Made by a program: the position numbers and the translations under genes | Shown: in pieces, positions 1 through 7,535 of the stretch | Position numbering within the stretch: position 1 is the stretch's first letter | How the letters are laid out: each line of letters begins with the position of its first letter | IMG/VR virus record: IMGVR_UViG_3300045988_131075 | Span: 1-29,670 of that record | Origin: a virus | Length of the DNA stretch: 29,670 bases | Direction: 5' to 3' (one strand) | The notes under the pieces: generated by a model | Databases searched by the model: none | Seen by the model: the letters and a program-made list of their open reading frames with translations, nothing else | Told to the model about the DNA's origin: nothing

Positions 1-155
1 AATATTGCTAAAATTATTAATATTGCTATTAAAATTGCGAGAGTGTGAAAATTGTGAGAGTGTGAAAATTGCGAGAGTGTGAAAATTGCTAAAATTGCTA
101 TTAAAAGTGTGAGAGTTGTGAGAGTTGCGAGAGTGTGAAAAGTGTGAGAGTGTGG
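1..155. repeat. Degenerate tandem repeat array at the window start. The core unit is about 17 bp, attg(c/t)gagagtgtgaaa, in 3 perfect or near-perfect tandem copies at 34-84. Shorter derivatives (attgctaaaatt, attgctattaaa, gtgtgagag) flank them.
   Basis: Direct reading of the sequence; the three 17-mers at 34-50, 51-67 and 68-84 differ only at position 5 (c/t). Confidence 0.8.
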
Positions 156-211
156 TGCCGATCGATTTAACCAACCAACAACCACATTTTTCCATCTCCG
201 TTCTCCGAATC

Positions 212-252
212 TAAAAAAAAAGAGAGACTTTTTTTTAGTCTCTCTTTTTTCA
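212..252. terminator. Bidirectional intrinsic terminator: the hairpin agagagact-T8-agtctctct is flanked by an A9 run on the left and a T-run on the right.
   Basis: A perfect 9-bp stem. The A-run on the + strand becomes the T-run for the minus-strand gene that ends at 320. Confidence 0.7.
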
Positions 253-319
253 TATTAAGCAATTCTTGGTGAAATTGTCGATTCTTAGGATGAAAAGTAT
301 CTCACCCGACACATTGTGT

Positions 320-697
320 TCACTTATTGATGAACGTATTCAAAAAATCGGCAATTACATCATCATCAGTTCTCTTGACCTTCTTAACCTTTACCGGCTC
401 ACTTTTGGGAAAAAGTACGTCAAGAAGATCGTTAATCCCAGTCATAAGACCGTAAACCTCAGTAAAGATATTCTCCACATCGGACGCGGTCAACGCGGAA
501 TCCTTGTAACCATTAAGAGCGACATACTCGTTAATCCGATCAGCGATTTCCTGCGCGAGCGCGGTCTTCCGATCGGCCTGCTTGGTTTCCTTCTCCACCT
601 GCTTAACCGCATCGTTCAGAGACTTAGCCATTTCGTCCGCAATAGCCTGAGCGTCCTCACCATTTTTCAGACGAGCAATAATATCATTCATATCCAT
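320..697 (-). CDS. Hypothetical early protein of about 125 aa, beginning MDMNDIIARLKNGEDAQAIADEMAKSLNDAVKQ. The start was moved to the ATG that has an AAGAGG Shine-Dalgarno site 7 nt upstream; the ORF track's longer start at 778 lacks an RBS.
   Basis: Minus-strand ORF. Promoter TTGACA(751-756 rc)-17-TATAAT(728-733 rc) lies directly upstream. The RBS, on the + strand, is cctctt at 705-710. Confidence 0.6.
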   Translation of the reverse strand: MDMNDIIARLKNGEDAQAIADEMAKSLNDAVKQVEKETKQADRKTALAQEIADRINEYVALNGYKDSALTASDVENIFTEVYGLMTGINDLLDVLFPKSEPVKVKKVKRTDDDVIADFLNTFINK

Positions 698-1097
698 ATG
701 AATACCTCTTTTCTTATTTTCTATATATATTATATACTTTTTTTTTAAAAATGTCAAGATTTTTTTGGACGAAAACATACGCGTGAAACAATGTAAGGGC
801 GAAGCAATTTTTAATTAATCATAAGGCATATGATCCTACGCGGGCTTAAAAAAGTCTTTTTTTACCATTATAACATATTTTTTATAAAAAGTCAATTTTC
901 GGGATTTTTTTGGGCCATATGGAGAGGTGCTAGAAGTATGAAAAATTTTGCATATGGGTATACCGATCGGAAACTCGGCCCGGCACGTTCCATCGCGGGC
1001 CGGCCAAATAGACTGAGCATTCCGGGATTTTAGTCTGAGTCTATTTTAAACGTTTTTTTCGCGCAAAATTTACTAAACCTATAATTATTCCGAAATT

Positions 1098-1205
1098 CCG
1101 CCCGGAGCGTCAGTGATCGGGCGGTCCATTATACCACATTTTCCGATCGGTGTCAATAGGCAAAATGCACAAAAAAATCAGCAGGTTTTAGTCAACCTGC
1201 TGATT
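1098..1205. promoter_or_regulatory. Boundary module C1. It contains a GC hairpin ccgcccg-N13-cgggcgg (1098-1124) and a minus-strand promoter (-10 rc at 1128-1135 within GTGGTATAAT, -35 rc tgtcaa at 1151-1156). It ends with a bidirectional terminator hairpin at 1177-1204.
   Basis: Same architecture as C2-C6. Only a weak TATAAT sits on the + strand at about 1078, with no good -35. Confidence 0.65.
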
Positions 1206-1211
1206 GAATAT

Positions 1212-1628
1212 TTATGCAAGAAATGCGCTTACAATTTCATCGAACACTGTGGGGTTAATGTCCACATTAAAAAAGCGGTCGTTCTTGCGGAACGCTTTGG
1301 GGTATCGTCTAATCAGTTCCGCACGCAACGCGCTTTCCGCACCCTCGGCGGGATAGTCCCCGCAAGAACGGATTCGATGAACTTCAACGCGCGTGATAGA
1401 ATACTTTTTCGAGTATTCACCGATTTCATCACGCAAACGCCCTACAACATCTTTTGCGGAAGTGCCTACCTTGTTAAATTCAAGTTCGTCGTTGTGGTAA
1501 AACTTGAAAAAGTAAACTGCTTGTTCATTTTTCAGATTCTCGCCACAATTAGGCATAAACTCCATAGAAACGGGCGGTCTACCGTCCTTGAATCGACGTA
1601 ACTTAATAGTAATTTCTTCCATTAACAC
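1212..1628 (-). CDS. Hypothetical early protein of about 135 aa. The exact start is uncertain (GTG as in the ORF track, or the ATG two codons downstream).
   Basis: The ORF ends 7 bp from the C1 terminator. The conserved 29-nt leader element at 1641-1669 is upstream. Confidence 0.55.
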   Translation of the reverse strand: MLMEEITIKLRRFKDGRPPVSMEFMPNCGENLKNEQAVYFFKFYHNDELEFNKVGTSAKDVVGRLRDEIGEYSKKYSITRVEVHRIRSCGDYPAEGAESALRAELIRRYPKAFRKNDRFFNVDINPTVFDEIVSAFLA

Positions 1629-1745
1629 AAAATCCTCTCTATTGATTGAGGTTTACCATCGTTCTCTCAACCATTATTTTTTGCACTTTTTTGCTTGTTT
1701 TCGGGTGAAAAACCGCATTTTTCAGCGGTTTTTCACCCTTTTTTG

Positions 1746-2153
1746 TCAATTTTTGGGCTTTCGCTTCTGAATCAGGGTCAATTCATAGTCATTTTCGCCC
1801 ACATGGAACGCAATCATGCGCTCAATGTTCGTGATTTCCACATTTTCGCACGCATTTTCGCTGTTTTCACGCAAAAAAGTCGCAAGTTCAGCGATAATCG
1901 AGCGTTTTGTGGGGTTTTCCTTGCGCTGTCGCTTCTCAAACTTATAAGCGGTCGGCGCTTTGCGTGTTCCGGTCTTAGAATACTTGTTAGCTTCTTTGAG
2001 CTTTTCCGCGGACAAGTCAAAGTCTTTGGCGATTCCATGGTCAATGTCATCATCGTCCATGAGAATTTCTTTTGCTTCCTCGGCAGTACAATCCAACTTT
2101 TTCATCAGATTATCAATCTTTGCCTGAAAGTCCTTTTCACTCATTTTAGGCAT
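1746..2153 (-). CDS. Hypothetical early protein (135 aa) with an acidic, K-rich middle segment.
   Basis: RBS GGGGG 8 nt upstream of the ATG. Consensus promoter directly upstream, TTGACA(2201-2206 rc)-17-TATAAT(2178-2183 rc). Confidence 0.65.
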   Translation of the reverse strand: MPKMSEKDFQAKIDNLMKKLDCTAEEAKEILMDDDDIDHGIAKDFDLSAEKLKEANKYSKTGTRKAPTAYKFEKRQRKENPTKRSIIAELATFLRENSENACENVEITNIERMIAFHVGENDYELTLIQKRKPKN

Positions 2154-2221
2154 TTCTTTTGCCCCCTTTCAAGTATGATTATAACACCGCCGTCAGCAAA
2201 TGTCAAGAGAAATTTTTGGGA

Positions 2222-2250
2222 GCGCCTGATTTTTTTTCAGGCGCTCCCCT
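2222..2250. terminator. Strong intergenic hairpin gggagcgcctga-T8-tcaggcgctccc between two minus-strand genes. Possibly a terminator or attenuator, but it has no clear distal T-run.
   Basis: A 12-bp perfect stem with a T8 loop. It lies immediately downstream of gene 2255..2632 and upstream of the promoter at 2178-2206. Confidence 0.4.
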
Positions 2251-2254
2251 TGAA

Positions 2255-2632
2255 TCAATGCGCCATGCGGAAGTAGGACTTGCGCTTGTCCACAATCTTT
2301 TCCACCGTGTCTGCGTCAATCATCTGGCGCAGAAGAGCGGAAACGCGCTGGTTGGTGAGGTCGCCCAGACCGTCCACATTCTTAATGAGGTCGGTCACGG
2401 TATACAGCTTGTCAGGATTCGCGGACAGCTCAGCAAAGATAATGTCCTTGTAGCCGTCGTTGGCAATCTGATTCGCGGTCGGCTTCTTATCACCGGCGTT
2501 CTTGCGAGACAGCAGGTCGATTTCGTGATTGATAAACTCAACCATAGCGGGGTCAGCCTGAACCTCGCTCATTTTGAGCAAAGCCTCGAAACGGTCGCGC
2601 TTGGTGAGCTTCTTAACAGTAGAAGTAGACAT
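2255..2632 (-). CDS. Paralog A of a duplicated 125-aa early protein. The C-terminal part (KLYTVTDLIK...RVSALLRQMIDADTV) could be a winged-helix-like DNA-binding fold.
   Basis: RBS AAAGGAATTGATACT-ATG is identical to that of paralog B. Promoter TTGACA(2707-2712 rc)-17-TATACT(2684-2689 rc). About 70% identity to 4668..5048. Confidence 0.7.
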   Translation of the reverse strand: MSTSTVKKLTKRDRFEALLKMSEVQADPAMVEFINHEIDLLSRKNAGDKKPTANQIANDGYKDIIFAELSANPDKLYTVTDLIKNVDGLGDLTNQRVSALLRQMIDADTVEKIVDKRKSYFRMAH

Positions 2633-2930
2633 AGTATCAATTCCTTTCTTTGGCGGTAGGTCGCTACCCTTTTGATATTATTAAGTATACCACATTTTAG
2701 AGGGCTTGTCAAGAGGTTTCGCAAACTTTTCACACGAATTACTACCCCGACCTGACGGATAATTTATTGTTTGTTGATTCAATCTATTTGTCAGCAAAAA
2801 TGCTTCGAGGATAATTGGTTCAATCAAACTCACTTTCACGTTCAACGTTTGGCTTTACAACGTGGTGTATTATGTTTTCTTCCTATACTTTCTCAAGGTC
2901 GCGCGCCCTCGGATTTCTTGGGCTACTCCC

Positions 2931-3290
2931 TCTTGACATTTTCTATTGTAGCACACTCGCTGGGATTTGTCAAGAAGTTTTCAAGAAAAAACTCATGAAT
3001 TTTTTCTTTTATCCCGTGCGTTCCGCTCCGAAGAGACCTTAACGTAATAGGTGAACGGTCTATTGCTACTTCCAACCGTAGCCCCACACCGACCTGTGGC
3101 TCAGGGGTTTCCCTCTTGACATTATTTATTGTAGCACTTTTCGCGCTACTTGTCAAGAGGGAATTTCAAATTTCTTTGAAAACGGGTCAGTTACCGAGTT
3201 ATCACACCCATCAGCGAAGCCGTTCGGCAATTCACTGTTCCCTCCTGACATTATCTATTATAGCAGATTGCCCACAGATTACAATTGACA
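2931..3290 (-). promoter_or_regulatory. Non-coding array of three palindromic promoter-like elements, E1 (2931-2975), E2 (3114-3160) and E3 (3243-3290). Each has the form cTCTTGACAtt-N6-ATTGTAGCA-N12-TTGTCAAGA. On the minus strand each reads as TTGACA-17-TGCTACAAT (E1, E2) or as a perfect extended -10 TGCTATAAT (E3).
   Basis: No ORF with an RBS lies within 2690-3340. The elements are spaced about 185 and 130 bp apart. The ORF-track 77-aa ORF at 2923..3156 is just a translation of these repeats. Confidence 0.6.
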
Positions 3291-3342
3291 AAATAACCAA
3301 ATTACGGGAAAAAATTTTCTTCACTTTTGGTCAACTTTTCTC

Positions 3343-3490
3343 TTGACAAAATTGGCGGGGCGTGGTATAATGGAAAATTCGGACCGCCACGTGCGCCAGC
3401 GGTCCGCCAATTTTATCACAAAAATCCGCGTTTGTCAATAGGCAAAATAGACAAAAAAAACTGCCCATTTTTGGGCAGTTTTTTATTTTA
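3343..3490. promoter_or_regulatory. Boundary module C2. It has a + promoter TTGACA(3343-3348)-17-TATAAT(3366-3371) with TG extension, and a GC hairpin cggaccgc-N12-gcggtccg (3380-3406). A minus promoter follows (-10 rc 3410-3415 with TG, -35 rc 3433-3438), then a bidirectional terminator (stem 3461-3478, T-run to 3484).
   Basis: All elements were read directly. The convergent promoters face each other across the hairpin. Confidence 0.75.
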
Positions 3491-3673
3491 GTCCAGCAGG
3501 TTAATCTCGCCAGGAATCCTAAAAGAATCCGCGTCCAGCGTGGAATTATAGTCCTCGGTAAAGAGTTCAATCATTCCACACTCTGCGCAGATAATATAGT
3601 CATGGTCGATTAAAATGCCCATGTGAGGGTCATTGTCATCAGGGACTACAAAAAGGACTTGTTTAGCGTTCAT
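3488..3673 (-). CDS. Small early protein of about 61 aa (MNAKQVLFVVPDDNDPHMGILIDHDYIICAECGMIELF...), with CxxC plus His and Asp residues that might bind metal.
   Basis: Start re-assigned to the ATG with AAGAGG 8 nt upstream. The gene ends inside the C2 terminator. The hairpin-embedded promoter at 3722-3750 is upstream. Confidence 0.6.
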   Translation of the reverse strand: MNAKQVLFVVPDDNDPHMGILIDHDYIICAECGMIELFTEDYNSTLDADSFRIPGEINLLD

Positions 3674-3750
3674 GTAAAACACCTCTTTCATTTGATACAT
3701 TGATTATACCATAGGGAATAGGACTTGTCAAGCCCTATTCCCTATTTTTT

Positions 3751-4527
3751 TTAGCTCATGTTTATCATGGGATTTTCCTTAATGTTTCGCATGAGCGCGC
3801 GCTGAAACTCGGTAGGCTTGGGGCGTTCCACCGTGGGAGTTTTGAAAAGGGACTTTTCCATTTCCTTGTGCTGTCGGACGCAATAGCGCAGAATCTCAAC
3901 TTCAATGAGGACATCTTCTAATCCCGTGTGGGATTCATCAAAACTGTCCTCGCCGCTGATAAAGCGATAGAGAATTTCTGCGGTGAAACGGAGCTGTCCG
4001 TTCTTGGTCTTGTAGCCGTTCTTTTCGCAATAGTCGCGGTAAGTGGGCATTTTGCCGATAACCTGACGTGCCATTTTCAACGTGTCCCAAATTTCGAGGT
4101 CGTAGGGGAAGAAATAGCGATACTTGCTTTTCGTGTCCCATCTTTGCGCGTTGTTACAGGCGTTAAGGTCGAACCGCATATTATGAGCGCAGACAAAAGA
4201 GCAGTTGTAGCGCTCGACACATTCGCAGAACGCAAGACGAATTTCGTAAAGGTCAGCCATAATGCGAGTGCCGTTTTGAATGTCCTCGACATAGCGGGGA
4301 ATCTTGTCGGCATAGTATGCGGACTGCATGAGGTCGCGCTCGTAGCAGAAAATGTCGCGATTCACAAAAGAATGAGTTTCATAAACATTTCCCTTGGAAT
4401 CAATGACCGCCCACCCAAAGTCGTAGGGCAATACATTTGACATATCCAGCTTATCGCCGTCCTGAATGGTGTTTGCGGTTTCCGTGTCCAGCATAATACC
4501 GTAGTTTCTGCGCCTATCAATACCCAT
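3751..4527 (-). CDS. DEDDh-family (DnaQ-like) 3'-5' exonuclease, 258 aa.
   Basis: Motif Exo I is IMLDTETAN. The C-terminal segment YRFISGEDSFDESHTGLEDV carries the His-x4-Asp of Exo III. Promoter TTGACA-17-TATACT, then the conserved 29-nt leader and AGGAGA RBS upstream (4540-4620). Confidence 0.7.
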   Translation of the reverse strand: MGIDRRRNYGIMLDTETANTIQDGDKLDMSNVLPYDFGWAVIDSKGNVYETHSFVNRDIFCYERDLMQSAYYADKIPRYVEDIQNGTRIMADLYEIRLAFCECVERYNCSFVCAHNMRFDLNACNNAQRWDTKSKYRYFFPYDLEIWDTLKMARQVIGKMPTYRDYCEKNGYKTKNGQLRFTAEILYRFISGEDSFDESHTGLEDVLIEVEILRYCVRQHKEMEKSLFKTPTVERPKPTEFQRALMRNIKENPMINMS

Positions 4528-4667
4528 TTTATCGTCTCCTATTGGAAAAGTAGATTGAGGTTTACCATCGTTCTCTCAACCTCTAAATATAGTATAGCAC
4601 TTTACTATTGGTTTGTCAATAGTTTTTTTGTGGGGCAGGGGATTTTTTTATCCCCTGCCCTTTTCCC

Positions 4668-5048
4668 TTATGCGCGGGAGAAGTAGGACTTGCGGTTGCC
4701 AACCGTCTTGACAACCGTGTCTGCGTCAATCATCTGACGCAGAAGAGCGGAAACGTGCTGGTTGGTATACTCCGCAAGCTTGGGAACGCCCTTGATGAGG
4801 TCGGTCACAGTATACAGCTTGTCGGGGTTTGCGGTCATCTCGTCCAGAATGACCTGCTTCACAGCGTCATTCTCCATCTGCTTGGCCGTGGGCTTCTTGT
4901 CGCCCGCGTTCTTTTTGACGAGCAGTTCAATCTCATGCTCGATGAACGCCACCATATCAGGATTTGCCTGAACCTCGCTCATTTTGAGCAGGGCCTCGAA
5001 ACGGTCACGCTTGGTGAGCTTCTTAGTCGTAGTAGTAGAAGTAGCCAT
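4668..5048 (-). CDS. Paralog B of the duplicated 125-aa early protein. It starts at MATSTTTTKKLTKRD, not at the ORF-track M 17 codons upstream, because the promoter -10 at 5101-5107 would put the TSS inside that extension.
   Basis: RBS aaaggaattgatact-ATG is identical to that of 2255..2632. The two proteins are about 70% identical with conserved ends. Confidence 0.7.
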   Translation of the reverse strand: MATSTTTTKKLTKRDRFEALLKMSEVQANPDMVAFIEHEIELLVKKNAGDKKPTAKQMENDAVKQVILDEMTANPDKLYTVTDLIKGVPKLAEYTNQHVSALLRQMIDADTVVKTVGNRKSYFSRA

Positions 5049-5545
5049 AGTATCAATTCCTTTCTGGTTTTTGAGACTGTCCTTGTCTATGGTAGTCATT
5101 ATATCATAGGCGGGAGTAGGTTGTCAATAGGTTTTTGCAATTTTTTTTAAGGGCGGTCGCGAGGTTTATTACTATACATCTTGTTTATACCTACCTTTAT
5201 CTATACTCTTAATCCAATTCAATTTACTAAGCCATTAGTTTTTAAGGCGGTGGACGAGCATTAGAAGTCATCTTGTTTTTACCTCTCTCATTTGATGTAT
5301 TCATTATACCCTACGTAGAACGATTTGTCAAGGGGTTTTTCAAACTTTTTTGAAAGTTTGTTCGGCACGCCACGCTTGGAACATTCCGTCGGATTTTGGT
5401 ATAATGGTCAAGGGAACTGCCTTTCCGCAGGTCTTACTCTTTCCTCCTGACATTATGTAGTATAGCAGATTGGTAATGATTTGTCTATTGGTAAAATGAC
5501 CAAATAACGGGAAAAAATAAAATTGAAATTTGTGCGAAATTTCTC

Positions 5546-5690
5546 TTGACAAAAATGCTGGCAGGGTGTATAATGGTAAATTCCGGCCGTAGCGCGCGGA
5601 AACGGCCGGCCCATTATATCACATTCAAGGAACTTTGTCAATAGTCAAAGTAAACAAAAAAATCTCCCCATTTTTGGGGAGATTTTCTTT
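5546..5690. promoter_or_regulatory. Boundary module C3. It has a + promoter TTGACA(5546-5551)-17-TATAAT(5569-5574), a hairpin ccggccg-N13-cggccgg (5583-5609) and a minus promoter (-10 rc ATTATA at 5613-5618 with TG, -35 rc at 5636-5641). It ends in a terminator, tctcccca-T5-ggggaga at 5664-5682 plus T-run.
   Basis: Direct reading. Confidence 0.75.
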
Positions 5691-5947
5691 TAGCCAATCA
5701 CATTGACTTCGGTTTTGACAGGCGTTACCATCTTGTCGCGCGAGAACTCGCGAACCTGACCCGTTTCAAGATTCACCGCGTAGCAATACTGCAAACCTCT
5801 CGACCGGACAAACGGCGTGTTGTTGTTGCTGTCAATTTTGAGATACATTCCCATACCGACCCCATTGGAGCGCAGAGTGGTGAACGTGCCACCGCTGGGA
5901 ATGTTGATAATTTGGAGCTGACCCTTAGTGCCAAAATTTACTTTCAT
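5690..5947 (-). CDS. Hypothetical early protein of about 85 aa (MKVNFGTKGQLQIINIPSGGTF...). Start set at the ATG with AAGAGGG 7 nt upstream.
   Basis: Ends at the C3 terminator. The following gene (5962..6276) lies 15 bp upstream. Confidence 0.55.
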   Translation of the reverse strand: MKVNFGTKGQLQIINIPSGGTFTTLRSNGVGMGMYLKIDSNNNTPFVRSRGLQYCYAVNLETGQVREFSRDKMVTPVKTEVNVIG

Positions 5948-5961
5948 TTTTATTCCCTCTT

Positions 5962-6276
5962 TCAAAATTCTTCTAAAAAGTGAATCGGCTTATGGTTTGG
6001 TCTAAAAAATGCCATTCCCTCGGTATAAAGAGAATTAAACAAATCTGCGGACACTTCAAACCATTCCGTGCCGCTAATGCGATTGCCTAACTCACTTAAA
6101 GTCAGATGACAAGAATTTTCCATGTCTCGACTTCCAGCGCAAGTGCTACGCATTATTGCTTTTGGATTATGGCTATAATAGCTTTTACGACGCTTTGCAA
6201 GGTTTTTAGTGCCGTCAGAATAGCCAACTTTAACCAAATGGCTATTGGTTAAATTATCCATCATCAAATACAGCAT
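5962..6276 (-). CDS. T5orf172-domain (GIY-YIG-like) protein, 104 aa.
   Basis: N-terminal LVKVGYSDGTKNLAKRRKSY and the C-terminal TEWFEV motif are typical of the T5orf172 family. RBS GAGG 5 nt before the ATG. Confidence 0.5.
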   Translation of the reverse strand: MLYLMMDNLTNSHLVKVGYSDGTKNLAKRRKSYYSHNPKAIMRSTCAGSRDMENSCHLTLSELGNRISGTEWFEVSADLFNSLYTEGMAFFRPNHKPIHFLEEF

Positions 6277-6283
6277 TTTTACC

Positions 6284-6427
6284 TCACAGCAGATGGATAT
6301 TAACCCATTCTGCGGTCACAAGTCCGATTTCCTTAGAGACAACCGTTTCATAGCGGTAATTACCGCCATCAGTTCGTCCGGTCACTTTGGCGAGAACGCC
6401 AAGAGTAAGCCAAAAATAAGGCATCAT
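6284..6427 (-). CDS. Small protein of about 47 aa (MMPYFWLTLGVLAKVTGRTDGGNYRYETVVSKEIGLVTAEWVNIHLL). The ORF-track 97-aa ORF is an N-terminally over-extended version that overlaps the upstream gene.
   Basis: RBS AAAGGGG 8 nt upstream of the ATG. The preceding gene ends 6 bp upstream. Confidence 0.45.
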   Translation of the reverse strand: MMPYFWLTLGVLAKVTGRTDGGNYRYETVVSKEIGLVTAEWVNIHLL

Positions 6428-6432
6428 TTTTA

Positions 6433-6639
6433 TCACCCCTTTGGACCGACCGTAAAGAGCGAACGCAGAAGCAACAGAACAATCCAAATTGCGAGTGCCA
6501 GCTTCCACGAGAACACAATGACGAAAGTGCCGATTGCGGTGATACCGAGGGCGGGAAGAAGCCAACAGAGAAGCCAAACCAGACCAGAGGTGAGCAGGAA
6601 CGAAATTGCGAGAGACAGCAGAATCAAAAGAACAAACAT
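6433..6639 (-). CDS. Small polytopic membrane protein, 68 aa, almost entirely hydrophobic.
   Basis: Promoter, then the conserved leader (gaatacatcaaatgaaaaggaga) and RBS upstream at 6640-6700. The -35 lies in the gggctttgtcaagccc palindrome. Confidence 0.6.
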   Translation of the reverse strand: MFVLLILLSLAISFLLTSGLVWLLCWLLPALGITAIGTFVIVFSWKLALAIWIVLLLLRSLFTVGPKG

Positions 6640-6694
6640 TTTATTTTCTCCTTTTCATTTGATGTATTTATTATACCATTGGAGTAGGGCTTTG

Positions 6695-7195
6695 TCAAGC
6701 CCTTTTCTCCAAAAGTTCCGAAAGTTTTTCGATAATGTTTACTGCGGTCGGGTCAATGGTAGCGCCCAAGTGCCAACCATTCCGAACTTTTTCATTATCG
6801 TCAACCAAGATGGACACGTCATAGCGGTCGCGCACGCTGTCGGCCTTAGTTGCGCCATACTGGACGCCATGGAAGTGGTCATAGTGGAAGCCCTGTTCTT
6901 CAAGCCATGCGCGCTTTGCTTCACGCACGAGGCTTTTGTATTCCTCGCTCGAATCCTTAGAGAGCCAAGTAATGATATTGATTTCCCAGCCCTCGGCGCG
7001 GAGAAGTTCGCAAACCTCATTCAATTCAGCCATGTCGCACATGGGAACGGCAGTTCGATAGGGCTTAGGATTTTCCGAACGGAGAAGCGCAAGCCAATCC
7101 TTGACGCCGTAGAGGTCAGCGATAGTGCCGTCCATGTCAAAGTTGATGGAGCGCCGACGAGCCACAACGTGGGACTTGATGTAAGTGATTTTCAT
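6695..7195 (-). CDS. HAD-superfamily 5'(3')-deoxyribonucleotidase-like protein, 166 aa.
   Basis: HAD motif I is FDMDGTIAD (DxDGT). Motif IV is ILVDDN near the C-terminus. The size and layout match the NT5C-type phage nucleotidases. Confidence 0.6.
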   Translation of the reverse strand: MKITYIKSHVVARRRSINFDMDGTIADLYGVKDWLALLRSENPKPYRTAVPMCDMAELNEVCELLRAEGWEINIITWLSKDSSEEYKSLVREAKRAWLEEQGFHYDHFHGVQYGATKADSVRDRYDVSILVDDNEKVRNGWHLGATIDPTAVNIIEKLSELLEKRA

Positions 7196-7201
7196 AGACG
7201 T

Positions 7202-7444
7202 TTATCTCTCCCCATTATCGTCTTTTTTAATAGCAACGCAGTCGTTTGACAGGTCATAGCAGAGCATAACCATAGTGTCAATAGCTTCGCGGTTGAAGCA
7301 AGTGCCGTTAGCTTCAAATGTTGCGGTGTCCTGATGGTTGAGTTCAGCACGAATACTTTCAAGAATTTCACTCATGCGGTCGATAGTATCGAGTTCTTCA
7401 TCAGTGAATGTGATGATGGCTTTCGAGCAAGAGTTGATAATCAT
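7202..7444 (-). CDS. Hypothetical acidic early protein, 80 aa.
   Basis: Consensus promoter TTGACA-17-TATAAT upstream (7455-7510 rc) and GGGG RBS. Stop and start abut the neighbouring genes. Confidence 0.55.
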   Translation of the reverse strand: MIINSCSKAIITFTDEELDTIDRMSEILESIRAELNHQDTATFEANGTCFNREAIDTMVMLCYDLSNDCVAIKKDDNGER

Positions 7445-7535
7445 TTTGGTTTACCCCTTTCCTTTACTATACTTGTATTATACCACTATTGGATTTGCTT
7501 GTCAAGTGTTTTTTTCAAAATTTTCGCGGTCTTTC

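Noticed and set aside
1-155. A CRISPR array, considered for the tandem repeats at 1-155 and at 14383-14440.
   Set aside because: The units are 11-17 bp and directly abutting, with no unique spacers of 25-40 bp. There is no leader or cas gene context.
2159-2659. The + strand ORFs 2159..2659 and 4755..5150, which are paralogous to each other.
   Set aside because: They are the antisense frames of the duplicated minus-strand paralogs 2255..2632 and 4668..5048. Their similarity is a by-product of that duplication. Neither has a promoter or RBS.
3040-3130. A possible tRNA or other structured RNA in the GC-rich spacer between E1 and E2 (ggtgaacggtc...ccacaccgacctgtggctcagggg).
   Set aside because: There are short local hairpins (ccaca/tgtgg, acggt/accgt) but no acceptor stem, D-loop and T-loop (GTTCRANYC) arrangement. 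No cloverleaf can be drawn on either strand.
2923-3156. A 77-aa minus-strand ORF, MTSSAKSATINNVKRE...CATIENVKRE.
   Set aside because: It is a read-through translation of the palindromic promoter elements E2 and E1 (the repeated ATINNVKRE peptides are the repeats themselves). It starts upstream of a promoter and has no RBS.
6245-7249. A 334-aa + strand ORF, the longest ORF in the early half.
   Set aside because: It lies antisense to five consecutive minus-strand genes that have promoters and RBSs. It has no promoter or RBS of its own. Its Arg/Ser/His-rich, low-complexity translation is typical of the reverse strand of coding DNA.
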